Origin: a virus
Taxonomy: Duplodnaviria > Caudoviricetes
DNA: 64,000 nt
Strand: one strand, 5' to 3'
IMG/VR virus record: IMGVR_UViG_3300028602_000011
Span: 7,057 to 71,056 of that record
The translations under genes were made by a program, and so were the position numbers. This document shows, in pieces, positions 47,351 through 57,913 of the stretch (its first letter is position 1; each line of letters starts with the position of its first letter). Below the pieces are notes generated by a model, which had not been told where the DNA came from, did no database searches, and saw only the letters and a program-made list of their open reading frames with translations.

Positions 47351-47459
47351 AATCTAAAAATAATTTACAATTTTTATAATCCCCCATATCTTAATTGTGT
47401 CTTTATTTTTATTGCTAGCCTAAAACCTGTATGGGTTTACTTACTTGCGCCTAACCTCT

Positions 47460-48986
47460 TTAAAGATAGCTACCAAGAAAGGGTCTACCCATTTGCAACC
47501 GCTGTAAAATTTTGCATTGGTTAGCCGCATTAAAGTCACCATCTCGTACAACCAACTCGTTCAGCCGCATAATCCCAATCTGTTTTTCACGCTCTGTTTG
47601 ATTCAAACCATACATGGCTGTGACATGGGCATACTTTCGTTTATCTTCAGAAAAGTTACTCTTATTCAGTGTGTCCTGTTCGTACGATGCGGCGTCTGCC
47701 TGTGTTGCTGTGATATACAATGCATGTCTTTCTTGGGACATACGACGTAAACTTTTCCACCGCTGATTTTGTTGGTTTCTAAAGTCCATCATCATTCCTG
47801 GAACAATCTCCGGTCCCATAATATCAGCATAATCAAGCAAACAAATATCAGGTATGAATCCTTCACGTTCCAACAAATCGAGTTGGGATCCCATTATATG
47901 CGTATTCAATGTATCGTTGGGGTATGTTACGAGTTTGAATTGCTTACTGTATTTTTTACGAAAGGCTTTCATTTTCTTATAAGCATACTTCCAAGTCAAC
48001 ACAGGAACAGGTGGACGCCACTTAATCCATGGAACGATTTTAGCATGCTGGCAATTTCGGCATGGTATATAGTCTGGAAATTCTTTTGCTTTCTCAACAA
48101 GCTGTTCCATCGTTATTTTACTAAACTTCTCATCTTCCAATTCTTCAAAGATACCAAAATCACATTCCCTATCTTTGCTTCTACAAGAATCGTTTTGGTT
48201 GTACATGCAATCAATAACGGGGATGTACATGCCCTTGCAATACTTTTCTTTATCAGATCGCTTGGAAAAGTAAATACCCATTCTGCGTAACTGCTCTTTT
48301 TCAGACATATCACCAGCCTGAAAAAACACGACATTGGAACCGGACATGATTCCACGCACAGCCAACTCGAGCAACATAAAAGTTTTACCACGTTTCTCCG
48401 GACCTAATAACGCAACAAAGCCCCCGCGAACTAATTGGTCATTCCAAAACTGACCAAGAGCTCGGGGGAACTTAATAAGTGGTTCCGATTTTTGTTGGAA
48501 GGCTTCCTTTAGTGCCATTGGTGATTTGAAAGGGTCAATGGCCTTAGAAACTTCTGTGGCAGGGGTTTTGAAATTGCTAGCAATGCTTTTCGCTTCACCA
48601 ACATCACCCTTTTCTAAATTGTCATTTATGTCTGCTGCAAACTGTGCAACATTCTGTTTATCGAAATATTCTTTGGTTTGATCCAGTAGGTAATCAGCAT
48701 TGAATTGTTTACGCTCATATTCATCAGACAAGCCTTCCAAGATTTCTTCTATATCTTGTGCTTGTTCTTTCTGCAACTTAGGTAAGTGTGCAGTGAATAT
48801 GTCTTCAATATGGATTCCGGGGGCTTTTTTATACTTGCGGTAGTGTTCGACACACCAAGAGATAATTTGCTTTGCTACGGATGCTTCGATGTATGCTGGG
48901 TCATACACGTCTATGATTTGAGATACGTAAGCATCTGAGATTATAAATCCAGTAACTATTCTACGTTCAATAAATTTGTCAGACAT
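47460..48986 (-). CDS. Replicative helicase, DnaB/SF4-like (start MSDKF at 48986)
   Basis: LLGPEKRGKT, FFQAGDMS, LLDYADIM, YITATQ and FSEDKRK. Confidence 0.85.
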   Translation of the reverse strand: MSDKFIERRIVTGFIISDAYVSQIIDVYDPAYIEASVAKQIISWCVEHYRKYKKAPGIHIEDIFTAHLPKLQKEQAQDIEEILEGLSDEYERKQFNADYLLDQTKEYFDKQNVAQFAADINDNLEKGDVGEAKSIASNFKTPATEVSKAIDPFKSPMALKEAFQQKSEPLIKFPRALGQFWNDQLVRGGFVALLGPEKRGKTFMLLELAVRGIMSGSNVVFFQAGDMSEKEQLRRMGIYFSKRSDKEKYCKGMYIPVIDCMYNQNDSCRSKDRECDFGIFEELEDEKFSKITMEQLVEKAKEFPDYIPCRNCQHAKIVPWIKWRPPVPVLTWKYAYKKMKAFRKKYSKQFKLVTYPNDTLNTHIMGSQLDLLEREGFIPDICLLDYADIMGPEIVPGMMMDFRNQQNQRWKSLRRMSQERHALYITATQADAASYEQDTLNKSNFSEDKRKYAHVTAMYGLNQTEREKQIGIMRLNELVVRDGDFNAANQCKILQRLQMGRPFLGSYL

Positions 48987-49276
48987 TGTGTAATTATCTC
49001 CGTAAAATAAAGGGTGGGGAAGAGCTTGTCTATCCCCAGCCCTTTTGTTCACATGGCATCTAGCACGAATGTGGTGGTGTTTTCTATGTAAGAAATAACT
49101 AGGGTGGGTGCCATGTGTCCCTAGATTGGTACATCTCCGATGCGCTTTTCGATATGGGAGTACAAGGAACAAGCAATACAGCAAATCTTCTACTATGTAC
49201 ACCCATATCGAAAAGCGCATCGTAATACCAATCTAAATTACAAACATCATAAATCAAATCGATATAAAACATAATC

Positions 49277-49474
49277 TTATTCCTCTGTAGGAACCTCTGA
49301 AACATCTGAAATAATACAAACTAGATATGCTTTATACATTTTCACAATGGAACCGGCAATGGTTTCAAAAAAAACATGTTCCGGTGTTTCCAGGTCAGGT
49401 CTTTCTCTTGCTACAAATGCAAATTCACGAGCTGTTGTCACAATCAATAATTCTGAAAAACCAATATTACTCAT
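49277..49474 (-). CDS. Hypothetical protein
   Basis: Overlaps the DnaC-like stop (ATGA-type coupling). Confidence 0.45.
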   Translation of the reverse strand: MSNIGFSELLIVTTAREFAFVARERPDLETPEHVFFETIAGSIVKMYKAYLVCIISDVSEVPTEE

Positions 49475-50097
49475 ATTAAGCTCCGTTTATCAGTTCCACT
49501 CAAAGTACAAATATCACACATCCCACAAATACGGGAAACAATCCTATCATCTTCCCATTTGTCTGATAATTCATCGAGTGTTTTATTGGAAGTTATGATT
49601 GTTGCTTTCTTGTAAGAATAGCGGTGGTCAATAATCATGTGAAATACTTGTAACACCCAATCACTGCTTTTTTCAACCCCCAAATCATCTATTACCAGCA
49701 AGTCCACATCACACAGCAGGTCAATCAACTCTTTTTCGTTTTTGGTAGGGCAATCATAACATTGCCGCAATTCAAACAAAATCTGTGTGGCTGTGTAAAA
49801 TTCAAAATCTTTTGGACCAACACGATGTATGTATCTTTCATGCATTGTTTCCAATACAAGATTTGCGGCCATTGTGGTTTTTCCTGTTCCCGCTGGCCCG
49901 GTAAAAAATACGCCATCACCCTTTTGTATTAAATCAAGGTGTTTTGCAGATGTTGATATTTCTATGTCTTCAAGAGATTCACGAACACGGGGTGGAAACT
50001 TATTCAGTGTGGGTTGCACAGTCCATCGTTTCTCACGCATACAAAACTCACACAGTGTGCGTTCGTAGTCATTACCACATACAGGACAAATAGGCAT
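49471..50097 (-). CDS. DnaC/IstB-like helicase loader ATPase
   Basis: N-terminal CPVC..CEFC, GPAGTGKT, LLVIDDLG, TIITSN and SRI. Confidence 0.9.
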   Translation of the reverse strand: MPICPVCGNDYERTLCEFCMREKRWTVQPTLNKFPPRVRESLEDIEISTSAKHLDLIQKGDGVFFTGPAGTGKTTMAANLVLETMHERYIHRVGPKDFEFYTATQILFELRQCYDCPTKNEKELIDLLCDVDLLVIDDLGVEKSSDWVLQVFHMIIDHRYSYKKATIITSNKTLDELSDKWEDDRIVSRICGMCDICTLSGTDKRSLI

Positions 50098-50139
50098 TTT
50101 GGCTCCTTGGTTAGGGCGTGGTGCGTTGTTGCTATGCTT

Positions 50140-50173
50140 ATTATATTACCATCCGCCCGTTTGGTTTAGGGCA
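50140..50173 (-). promoter_or_regulatory. Phage promoter copy 4 (TGCCCTAAA-N19-TATAAT)
   Basis: Same boxes and spacing as the other three copies. Confidence 0.75.
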
Positions 50174-50192
50174 AATCTAAAAATAATTTATT

Positions 50193-51611
50193 TTATGTTT
50201 TATCTGGTGTTCTGCCCTCTGAAAAGGTTCCATCTGGATTCACTATTGTGCATTTTAGATTTGAATACTTGGCACGTATTTGTTTCTTGGTAAGACCAGT
50301 AATCAGTTTATTACCACCACCATCTCTTTCAATGGCTGATTCAAGGTTTGGGAATTTTGTGCGTAAGGAAACACCAGACAAAATTACAGGCACATATTTC
50401 TCACCAATATTTTCAGCATACCAATCAAGTGCTTTTTCTATGCGTGCAACATCATCATTGTAATCACCACACAGCCGCCTGATATGCTCTCCCCAAGAAT
50501 TTTGTTGGTTGGCTGGTATTTTTCGTTTCTGGTGGGTGCCAATAATTTCAGCCAGCTTTTTTGCCAATGTAGAATATTTTGGATCTTGTTTAGCTTTTGG
50601 TTTTCTAGTTGGCATAACTTCTTGGTTTTTGGTTAGTACAACTTCTTGTTTTTTGGTCTCACAAATTTTTCGATTAATTTTACAATAGTTATTAGTAATA
50701 TTAAAATATAGTATATTAGTATTTATATATATGTCCAAACATGCAAAAATTGTAATTTTCACACTTTTGTGTAATTTTTCGATTAATTTTACACTATCTT
50801 CCTCCCAATAATTATTAGAAATTACCATATAATTCAATGGAACAACCAGTGACTTTGTTTTTTTGCTATAAATGGTACCCGTTTTTAATTTGTCACCCAA
50901 AATTACGGGGTTTTTTTGCCTACAACTTTTTTTATAGATTACGGGTTCTGGGGTAAGATTGGGACCCATATTGCTATATCTTCTATTTATCTGAAGACCC
51001 TGTAAAACAAAATTCACAATACCCATAATCTGTTTTCGATCTTCCTTAGATTCACTTGGATTTAAATCAGGCAAAACCCCTGTATCTACCATATACAAAA
51101 TCAGTGCTTTTATGCATTTTTTTGTTTCTCTTTGTTTCTTAATCTCCAGTGTATTTTCAGAAAATGCCATTACAACAATATCGATAATCAGCCTTAATAT
51201 TTCTATTCGTTTTGGTAAATTTGTGTATTCTTCAAGCATAGCCATTACATAATTATTGTCGATTATGTTTAATAATGCAAGCATTGCATTCTTATTTACA
51301 CGAATATATTCTCTATTTGATCCACCTTTATATGCATTATCTATAATTCCAAGGTCCCTTGTTTGCTTTTTATTTCTAGCAAGAACATGTTTGGAAAAAT
51401 AGAAAGTTCTCATTATTTTTTCATGATTTATTTTTACAAATCCTTTTTTATCTACTGCTTTTTTATGTACTTGTTCATTGTATTGTTTGGTCACAGCATA
51501 AATATATACTGATAATTCACAACCCAAACAACTCAATAGATTATTACTAATCGATATATTTTCACGGGTTGGATCTATACGATTACAAATAAATGTTATT
51601 TCCTCTTCCAT
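50193..51611 (-). CDS. Putative replication initiator / replisome organiser
   Basis: Upstream of the DnaC-like gene; wHTH-like N-terminus and a C-terminal LDWY...ILSGVSLRTKF pattern. Confidence 0.55.
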   Translation of the reverse strand: MEEEITFICNRIDPTRENISISNNLLSCLGCELSVYIYAVTKQYNEQVHKKAVDKKGFVKINHEKIMRTFYFSKHVLARNKKQTRDLGIIDNAYKGGSNREYIRVNKNAMLALLNIIDNNYVMAMLEEYTNLPKRIEILRLIIDIVVMAFSENTLEIKKQRETKKCIKALILYMVDTGVLPDLNPSESKEDRKQIMGIVNFVLQGLQINRRYSNMGPNLTPEPVIYKKSCRQKNPVILGDKLKTGTIYSKKTKSLVVPLNYMVISNNYWEEDSVKLIEKLHKSVKITIFACLDIYINTNILYFNITNNYCKINRKICETKKQEVVLTKNQEVMPTRKPKAKQDPKYSTLAKKLAEIIGTHQKRKIPANQQNSWGEHIRRLCGDYNDDVARIEKALDWYAENIGEKYVPVILSGVSLRTKFPNLESAIERDGGGNKLITGLTKKQIRAKYSNLKCTIVNPDGTFSEGRTPDKT

Positions 51612-51613
51612 AA

Positions 51614-52039
51614 TTATTCACCCAATGGATCTGTGTAAATTACGGGTTTATTATCGTAATATGCGATTCTTTCTTGGTTTATTTTGTAGTATCTTCGAAA
51701 GCATTGTGCAATTTTACTGCCCTTTCTATGGGAAATAATCAGCTCGGCCACTTGTGCAATTTTACGATATTTTCGTATTATATACACAGAATCGTTTAAA
51801 TAATAATTCAGTTTGTTGTATTTAATTGTGAAGAAACCATCTGCATCTATCGTACCATTCTCTTTTGCACGTTCGGATTCTCTTTCCAATACTGCTACAA
51901 ATACTGCAACTCCCGGGCCATACGTGTTTATGATTCTGGTTCGAACATTCAAAGTTTTCTCTTTAAAAATATCAATTGCCATAGTATTCCCCTTTGTTGG
52001 TATGTGTGCAAAAAACAAGTATACACACATACCAAACAT
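51614..52039 (-). CDS. Hypothetical protein, possible winged-helix
   Basis: DADGFF..K and YYKIN patterns; next to the iteron-like repeats. Confidence 0.55.
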   Translation of the reverse strand: MFGMCVYLFFAHIPTKGNTMAIDIFKEKTLNVRTRIINTYGPGVAVFVAVLERESERAKENGTIDADGFFTIKYNKLNYYLNDSVYIIRKYRKIAQVAELIISHRKGSKIAQCFRRYYKINQERIAYYDNKPVIYTDPLGE

Positions 52040-52068
52040 TCACAATAGGTTTTTTTATTTAAGTGGGA

Positions 52069-52130
52069 TTCAACTCGAGGTAGATTTCAACTCGAGGTAG
52101 ATTTCAACTCGAGGTAGATTTCAACTCGAG
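52069..52130 (+). repeat. Tandem 17-bp repeat TTCAACTCGAGGTAGAT (3 full + 1 partial); iteron-like
   Basis: Copies start at 52069, 52086, 52103 and 52120. Confidence 0.9.
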
Positions 52131-52138
52131 TGGGTTTA

Positions 52139-53032
52139 CTAGAAAAGGTCTGCAAGTATCGCGTTTGCTTCCCTCTGGGGCATACTTCCAGGGTCGTTCT
52201 CTATGGGCACGAGTATGGCCTCTTTTCCCCGCAAGAGTATGTCCGCCATTAACTTCCGTGCTTGTTTTTGTGCCTGTGGTTCGAAGTCAAACGCAATAAA
52301 CACTCGATCAAATAATTTACTGAGCCATCGAGCTTGAGAAAGTGTGTAGTCGATTCCAAACACACCGACGGCTTTAATTCCAAATCTCCAGACATCTGTA
52401 ATGCCCTCGACAACAATGGCTGACTTGCCACATGCTTCGATATTACCATACAGAATACTTTGGTGGAGTATTTCTTCTCTGTGCTTGGGACATGCCAGAT
52501 ATTTCATTTTATGCTTTCCAGTAATGTCCCTCGCTTGAAATGATACTTGGCGTCCTTGCCAAGAAATAGGTGCAAGTACCCTGTGGCTGTAATTTATATT
52601 GTCTAGCAAAGATACAGGGCCAGTCCCTAGAACACCCCAAACTTTTTCTATTTCGTCTGGGTCATATAGCCGTTTTTCTAGGTATTTACGGTGTCGAGCG
52701 GCCATTTTTCCACAATCACTTGGCAGTTTGTGAGGGCTAAATTTTATTACTTTGTTTTGTGGCTTTGTTGTGCTCTTGCCCTTGTATTGCCTAGCAATAT
52801 TTCTTGCTTCACTACTGGAAATATTCAGTAGCTTTGCAATAGATGCAATTTCAGGATGCCAACCACATCGCCAACAATACCACTGACCAGTATCCAAATT
52901 ATTGCCGAGATGAAGTCCAGGATTTCCCGCGCAGAAGCAACAACTCATATTCACCCAACCGGGACGACAATGCTTATGTCCTTCCGTTTGGTAAGGGATA
53001 TTATAGTCTTGCAAGAATTTAATTACGTCCAT
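52139..53032 (-). CDS. DNA primase (Zn finger + TOPRIM)
   Basis: CCFC..H, YCWRCG, SFQAR, IVVEGITD and AFDFE. Confidence 0.88.
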   Translation of the reverse strand: MDVIKFLQDYNIPYQTEGHKHCRPGWVNMSCCFCAGNPGLHLGNNLDTGQWYCWRCGWHPEIASIAKLLNISSSEARNIARQYKGKSTTKPQNKVIKFSPHKLPSDCGKMAARHRKYLEKRLYDPDEIEKVWGVLGTGPVSLLDNINYSHRVLAPISWQGRQVSFQARDITGKHKMKYLACPKHREEILHQSILYGNIEACGKSAIVVEGITDVWRFGIKAVGVFGIDYTLSQARWLSKLFDRVFIAFDFEPQAQKQARKLMADILLRGKEAILVPIENDPGSMPQREANAILADLF

Positions 53033-53369
53033 TCTTTATTTCCCAATAGCATTTGCAAGCATTATGATGTGCTTTACGTGATGCACAATCGTTTTTATAT
53101 TTGCAATCGATACAAGAAGAGCAATCGATGTATGGGCGTTTCCATTTATCATAAATTCTAAATGCTGTGCAATATTCTGGGGGGAATGGCATGTGGCCGG
53201 CGAAGAAGCCCCACGGTGGTTCACTTCTAAATATTTTGGTGCGTATCTTCTGTTTGGGAATCGTTTGTATATTCTCATTGGTGCTAATGCGTCTGGTTGT
53301 TACTGTTTTTATTTCAGGGGTGGCCACTTTCTTTGATTTACGTCTCATCATAACTGGTTTCTTGCCCAC
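53019..53369 (-). CDS. Hypothetical Cys-rich protein
   Basis: CSSCIDC...C motif. Confidence 0.5.
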   Translation of the reverse strand: MGKKPVMMRRKSKKVATPEIKTVTTRRISTNENIQTIPKQKIRTKIFRSEPPWGFFAGHMPFPPEYCTAFRIYDKWKRPYIDCSSCIDCKYKNDCASRKAHHNACKCYWEIKNGRN

Positions 53370-53386
53370 AATTCCTCCCTCCTAGT

Positions 53387-53875
53387 TTATTTGTTTTTAT
53401 ATTGCTCTATTCTTTCTTTTAGTCCCCAAATGCGCATCGTTCCAAGTCTAGCAATTAGGAATTTATCGGGGTCTGTGAATTTGTATGGTGTTTTGTTGCT
53501 ACGAGGTTTCCTTATAATTTCACAGTGTTTTTTTTGATCAATTAAAATAATACCGGCTTTATCTGGGATGTGTTTTATACAGTGTCTTAGATAAGTAGGA
53601 ATTGCGAAATATAAATTTTTTATTTTGTGGTCATTGTGTTTATGTAGTTTTTTTTTATCTGCAATCAAGTCGCTTTTGCTAATTTTAATTTCTATTTCAG
53701 TTGCATACCCTGCTGGAGAAAGAAGTAATAAATCACATTCATGATTAAACATTCCCCAACTAATATTTGGTACAATTACATTTGTACGAAAATTAAAATA
53801 TCTTGCTAAAGCTATTTCTATATCGACACATTTTAATTTTGTGTATTTTTGTGTTTTTCTTGATAAAATACCCAC
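53387..53875 (-). CDS. MmcB-like PD-(D/E)xK nuclease-family protein
   Basis: ECDLL, EIEIKISKSD and LYFAIP. Confidence 0.7.
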   Translation of the reverse strand: MGILSRKTQKYTKLKCVDIEIALARYFNFRTNVIVPNISWGMFNHECDLLLLSPAGYATEIEIKISKSDLIADKKKLHKHNDHKIKNLYFAIPTYLRHCIKHIPDKAGIILIDQKKHCEIIRKPRSNKTPYKFTDPDKFLIARLGTMRIWGLKERIEQYKNK

Positions 53876-53885
53876 GTACTTCCTC

Positions 53886-54380
53886 CTAGTTTATAGCGTC
53901 TTTAATTTCGTCAAAACTATTCCAAATCCTACTCCAGGACCAACCAACTTCACGTAATTTACGATATACATGCCCTCTGCTTTTCTTGGGCTTACCCATC
54001 TCAAAAAAATCAAGTGGGTTGGTCAAAATCAGTTCTATAATAAAACGAGAATCGGGACTCAACTGCATTATTGCTTCTTTAAAACCGTAAATTCTTTCAG
54101 GTGTGTGGTAATAAATAGGTTCATACACATCAGTGCCATCTTCTAATTCATAATCTCCGGAAATATGTATTTGCTTATTACAATACATTAACATCGCATT
54201 TTTGAACACAATAAACAAGAAGGTACTTTTTTTAATTCCTTTGCTTGAATCCCACTTATCTTTTTTCTCGTAATAAGCAATAAAAGCAACGGAGGCCAGA
54301 TCATCCACGGAACATCCTGTGGTACTGGCAATTCCCCATGCCAGTTTGTATATCATGCCGGTGTAGTTTTCGATTTGCAA
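53886..54380 (-). CDS. Sigma-factor-like protein
   Basis: MIYKLAW...DDLAS.AF...WDSSKG.K.STF pattern of sigma region 2. Confidence 0.65.
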   Translation of the reverse strand: MQIENYTGMIYKLAWGIASTTGCSVDDLASVAFIAYYEKKDKWDSSKGIKKSTFLFIVFKNAMLMYCNKQIHISGDYELEDGTDVYEPIYYHTPERIYGFKEAIMQLSPDSRFIIELILTNPLDFFEMGKPKKSRGHVYRKLREVGWSWSRIWNSFDEIKDAIN

Positions 54381-56438
54381 TTACTTATCCTCGTATTGTT
54401 TCAACAATTCAGCCAACATTGACCCTTCGTCCACAACCTGACCATCTACAACAGCTTCAATCACTTTGCGTTTTTCATCTATTAGTGTAGCTATTGTTTC
54501 TTCAATAGTGTGTTCAGCCAGTAAATAATACACATTAACACAATCAGCCTCCTGACCAATTCTATAAATTCTATCTTCAGCTTGGTCATGTACCATGGGT
54601 GTCCATCCCAATTCTACAAAGGCAAGGGCACTGGCCGCAGTGAGTGTAATTCCCACTCCAGCCGCTTGGATATTACCAACAAACAAACGCACATCAGGAT
54701 TATTTTGAAAAGCATCTACTGCCTCCTGTCTTTTATTCGTGGATACGGAACCATCTATTTTCACAGCAACCTTTTCAAACTTTGTCATAATTTTGGAAAT
54801 AGTTTCTTTGTGTACACCGAACACAACTAACTTGTTCCCTGTTTCTAGGTAATCTTCAATCCATGTAATTATCTGTAACATCTTACCTTGCACAGCCAGT
54901 TGTTTTAGATAATTGATTTTTACAAGGTGTTCTGCGCTGGTGGCTTTCGCCGCCGCTACAGCACCTTTAGTCTGCTTCACCCAAGCAATAAAATCCTTTT
55001 CAGCAACACCATATCGAGCCTGTGCCGCATCGTCTAAATTCATGGGTATTACGGATCGAATTTTTGGTGGTAGGTCTTTCAGCACGTCAACCTTTTTTCT
55101 CCTAATCATAATTGACTGCAACTTATCATGTAGTTCTTCTACGTTGGAACTGCCTGTGTAGTCCCACCCAAATCCATTGTATTCTGCCGCACAATACCTC
55201 TTGCCATACTGGAATTTACTACCCACTAAACTCTTGTTGATAAGGGCAATCATATTATACAACTCGATAGGTCTATTCTCAATGGGTGTACCAGTTAATC
55301 CAATAATATGATCGACAGCTTTTCGTAATTTCTTTACGGCTTTAGTCTGTGCCGTTTGGTCGTTCTTAATCTTGTGTGCTTCATCAAGTATGCACACTTT
55401 CGGTTTGTACTTGATTATGTCATCGACCCATCCTGACCCTTTTATTTCTTGCTTCTTTGCTCCTTTGGCAGGAACCACCCAGGAGTTTCTAAGGATATCA
55501 TAATTTATAATCAGGATATCACCAGTCAGCCGTTCTTTTACTTTACGGCCAGACAAAATCTGTACGTTGTTTTTCAGCTTTGACCATTTATGAAATTCCC
55601 TACGCCAATTCAGTTTTAATGAACTTGGTACTACGATTACCGCTGGCCGTAATTCAGGATGCAATTCTAACCATGCAATCGCTTGGATGGTTTTTCCCAA
55701 ACCCATGTCATCCCCAATAATGGCATTACCTTCAGTTTGTTCCAAAAATTCAACGCCCTGCTGTTGGTACGCAAACAAAGGTATATGTGCCAAACCTTCC
55801 CGCTGTTTTACCTGCGACACAGGGGCACTCTTGACCGCTTGGCGTGCCTGTAGGCTTTGCCCAACCCTAAACCCCAAACGTGCAAACGTCGCAATGTTTT
55901 TCTTAGAAAACGGCACTACCCAATATTTTTCATCTGGCACGTACTTACGCCCATCAATCTCCTTCACAATTTGCACTATTTCTGCATCGTATGCAAAGGC
56001 TACTTTGATCTTCCCACCAACCAAAGAAATTTCATTCTCTATTTTTGGTGGAGTGTTTTGTTCGACAGGTGCTTCAATCACTTCATCTGTATCGTACTCT
56101 GCTTGAATTACTGTTTTTGGAAACCATCCGTGTACTTGTATTTCGACAACCTTCTTCCGTATCTCCGGTATGGCTCCCATTTTAAAATCAGCATCCGCTA
56201 TTCCCAAACAACGTCCGGCACAAATAGGACCAATCCCAGCTCGTTTGGAAATAGGGTTTGTGAGTGTTCTACCACACATCATACAACGACAGATGTGAGG
56301 CTTAATCACATCCATCGTTCCATGTCCATGCAATAAAACAGCACGGTCTGTTTCACGAACTTTTACAGCAGCAAAGATACGAATAATGCCTTTGCTCTCT
56401 GCAAAACTTCGTTTAATTTTGTATATTTTGGTTTCCAT
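54381..56438 (-). CDS. SNF2-family helicase with N-terminal Zn module and HARP-like domain
   Basis: DDMGLGKT, LDEAH, LTGTPIEN, GVGITL and QAEDRIYRIGQ; N-terminal CMMCGRTL...GIGPIC. Confidence 0.9.
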   Translation of the reverse strand: METKIYKIKRSFAESKGIIRIFAAVKVRETDRAVLLHGHGTMDVIKPHICRCMMCGRTLTNPISKRAGIGPICAGRCLGIADADFKMGAIPEIRKKVVEIQVHGWFPKTVIQAEYDTDEVIEAPVEQNTPPKIENEISLVGGKIKVAFAYDAEIVQIVKEIDGRKYVPDEKYWVVPFSKKNIATFARLGFRVGQSLQARQAVKSAPVSQVKQREGLAHIPLFAYQQQGVEFLEQTEGNAIIGDDMGLGKTIQAIAWLELHPELRPAVIVVPSSLKLNWRREFHKWSKLKNNVQILSGRKVKERLTGDILIINYDILRNSWVVPAKGAKKQEIKGSGWVDDIIKYKPKVCILDEAHKIKNDQTAQTKAVKKLRKAVDHIIGLTGTPIENRPIELYNMIALINKSLVGSKFQYGKRYCAAEYNGFGWDYTGSSNVEELHDKLQSIMIRRKKVDVLKDLPPKIRSVIPMNLDDAAQARYGVAEKDFIAWVKQTKGAVAAAKATSAEHLVKINYLKQLAVQGKMLQIITWIEDYLETGNKLVVFGVHKETISKIMTKFEKVAVKIDGSVSTNKRQEAVDAFQNNPDVRLFVGNIQAAGVGITLTAASALAFVELGWTPMVHDQAEDRIYRIGQEADCVNVYYLLAEHTIEETIATLIDEKRKVIEAVVDGQVVDEGSMLAELLKQYEDK

Positions 56439-56456
56439 CTAAACTCCGTTGAGATT

Positions 56457-56762
56457 TTACCATAAGTCACCACCTTCGAATATTTTATCTAACTGTGTTT
56501 GAATTACACGTTTTTCGTTCAAAGTAAACTCGATACCGCATGCCCAAGCATAATTCGCGTCCATGCCTTTTCCAATTACAGGGATTGGAAACACACGCAC
56601 TTCTAATTCTCCATGTGTTGTATCGACATAACAGCTATGGTCAATACATCTATTGTTTATGCTGTTTGCCATTGCTAGGCTTTTTGTTTCGTTAATAACG
56701 TCCTGTAGAGTCATGGGCACCACCGTTAGAAGTAAAGGGGCACAAGGCAGTATACCTTGCAC
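56457..56762 (-). CDS. Hypothetical protein
   Basis: ORF in the small-gene region; start uncertain. Confidence 0.45.
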   Translation of the reverse strand: MQGILPCAPLLLTVVPMTLQDVINETKSLAMANSINNRCIDHSCYVDTTHGELEVRVFPIPVIGKGMDANYAWACGIEFTLNEKRVIQTQLDKIFEGGDLW

Positions 56763-56771
56763 CCCTTTCGG

Positions 56772-57140
56772 TTATGAGGATAATTTTACACCTAATGCTT
56801 GAGCCAAGGTTGGGAGCACCCTTCCTTGTTCTTCTGGGGACATTTTTCTAAGCGTATCCTCTATGCGTCGGCGGATTGTTATAGTGGATATTTCAATAGT
56901 ACGTTCAGCAACTTCACCAGTACGCAATACTGTAATTATGCCTTCATGATTAAGGTTGTAATTTACCAATGTTTGCCTATTTGTTTCTAGGTCAAAGAAA
57001 TCTACCAACACACTATCATAAACCAAAGCATCCCCACGGGTAAATTCAAGACAAATGCTTTTTGCTTCTGGCTCGAATCCACTGTGCTGTAGGTCAAAGA
57101 ATATTGCAAAAAACAACATATCATCAGTTTTCAGTATCAT
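56772..57140 (-). CDS. Hypothetical protein
   Basis: AGGAG SD. Confidence 0.55.
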   Translation of the reverse strand: MILKTDDMLFFAIFFDLQHSGFEPEAKSICLEFTRGDALVYDSVLVDFFDLETNRQTLVNYNLNHEGIITVLRTGEVAERTIEISTITIRRRIEDTLRKMSPEEQGRVLPTLAQALGVKLSS

Positions 57141-57235
57141 ATATATCTCCTATTTACGTATATCTTTAAACAACCAAATAATAATTCCTGCAATAACAAT
57201 AATTCCCATGAGGTTTTCTAATTCCATACACCCCA

Positions 57236-57418
57236 TTAGATTAGTTCCATTATGTAATCAGGTTCCAAACCAAAATACTCTTCACAGATGTTCTCCGCGC
57301 TTTCCATGTCCCCATCTGCAAGGTAGTCCTGCAAAGCGGCTCTTGCCTCATCAATGAGTTCACAGGCTTCTTCATTGGACATACCATCTCTTTCCATCAA
57401 AATTCGTCTAATTGCCAT
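57236..57418 (-). CDS. Small acidic phage protein (MAIRRILMERDG...)
   Basis: AAGGAG SD and shared AATCA leader. Confidence 0.6.
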   Translation of the reverse strand: MAIRRILMERDGMSNEEACELIDEARAALQDYLADGDMESAENICEEYFGLEPDYIMELI

Positions 57419-57511
57419 GGTCATTCTCCTTTTCTGTGCCCGTAGGCGTTGATTGGCATAAACACTACCATTTGAAAGGGGGAAAGACAATCCCCCATTC
57501 TTCTGTATTGT

Positions 57512-57913
57512 TTACTGTACGGTGATAGTAAAAATTGCCACCGGCATAATCACCTCGGGATCATCAGCATTTTCATCCAGACCCTCAAAGAATTCTTTGT
57601 ATGGGGTTTCGTTTTCATGCCCCTTAATCTTTTCAAGAAGTTGGTCCATAATATCATCCAACTCCTCATTTACCATATCAGTCCCCATTCCCATCATGGT
57701 GGCTGTGCTACAAATTGCTTCATACTGGTCTGATATCTCCCCACCAATCATGTCCACCATTTCTCTTCTGGTGGTTTCTGGTCCGGGGTATGTGGTAAGC
57801 ATCACACCGGGGGTTCCCTGAAAATAACAGGGGTACATGATGCCGTGCTCTGTAAATAACAATTCTAAACTAACCATTTTAGTTCCCATAATTCCTCCTA
57901 CCATTCCTGACAT
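57512..57913 (-). CDS. Hypothetical protein
   Basis: GGAGG SD before MGTKM. Confidence 0.55.
   Translation of the reverse strand: MSGMVGGIMGTKMVSLELLFTEHGIMYPCYFQGTPGVMLTTYPGPETTRREMVDMIGGEISDQYEAICSTATMMGMGTDMVNEELDDIMDQLLEKIKGHENETPYKEFFEGLDENADDPEVIMPVAIFTITVQ

Noticed and set aside
47460-49220. ORF-track N-terminal extensions (helicase to 49220; also thyX 27678, 29253, 32797, 47076, 62044, 63304)
   Set aside because: Internal starts have clear SD sequences and match the domain starts. The extensions overlap other genes or regulatory elements.
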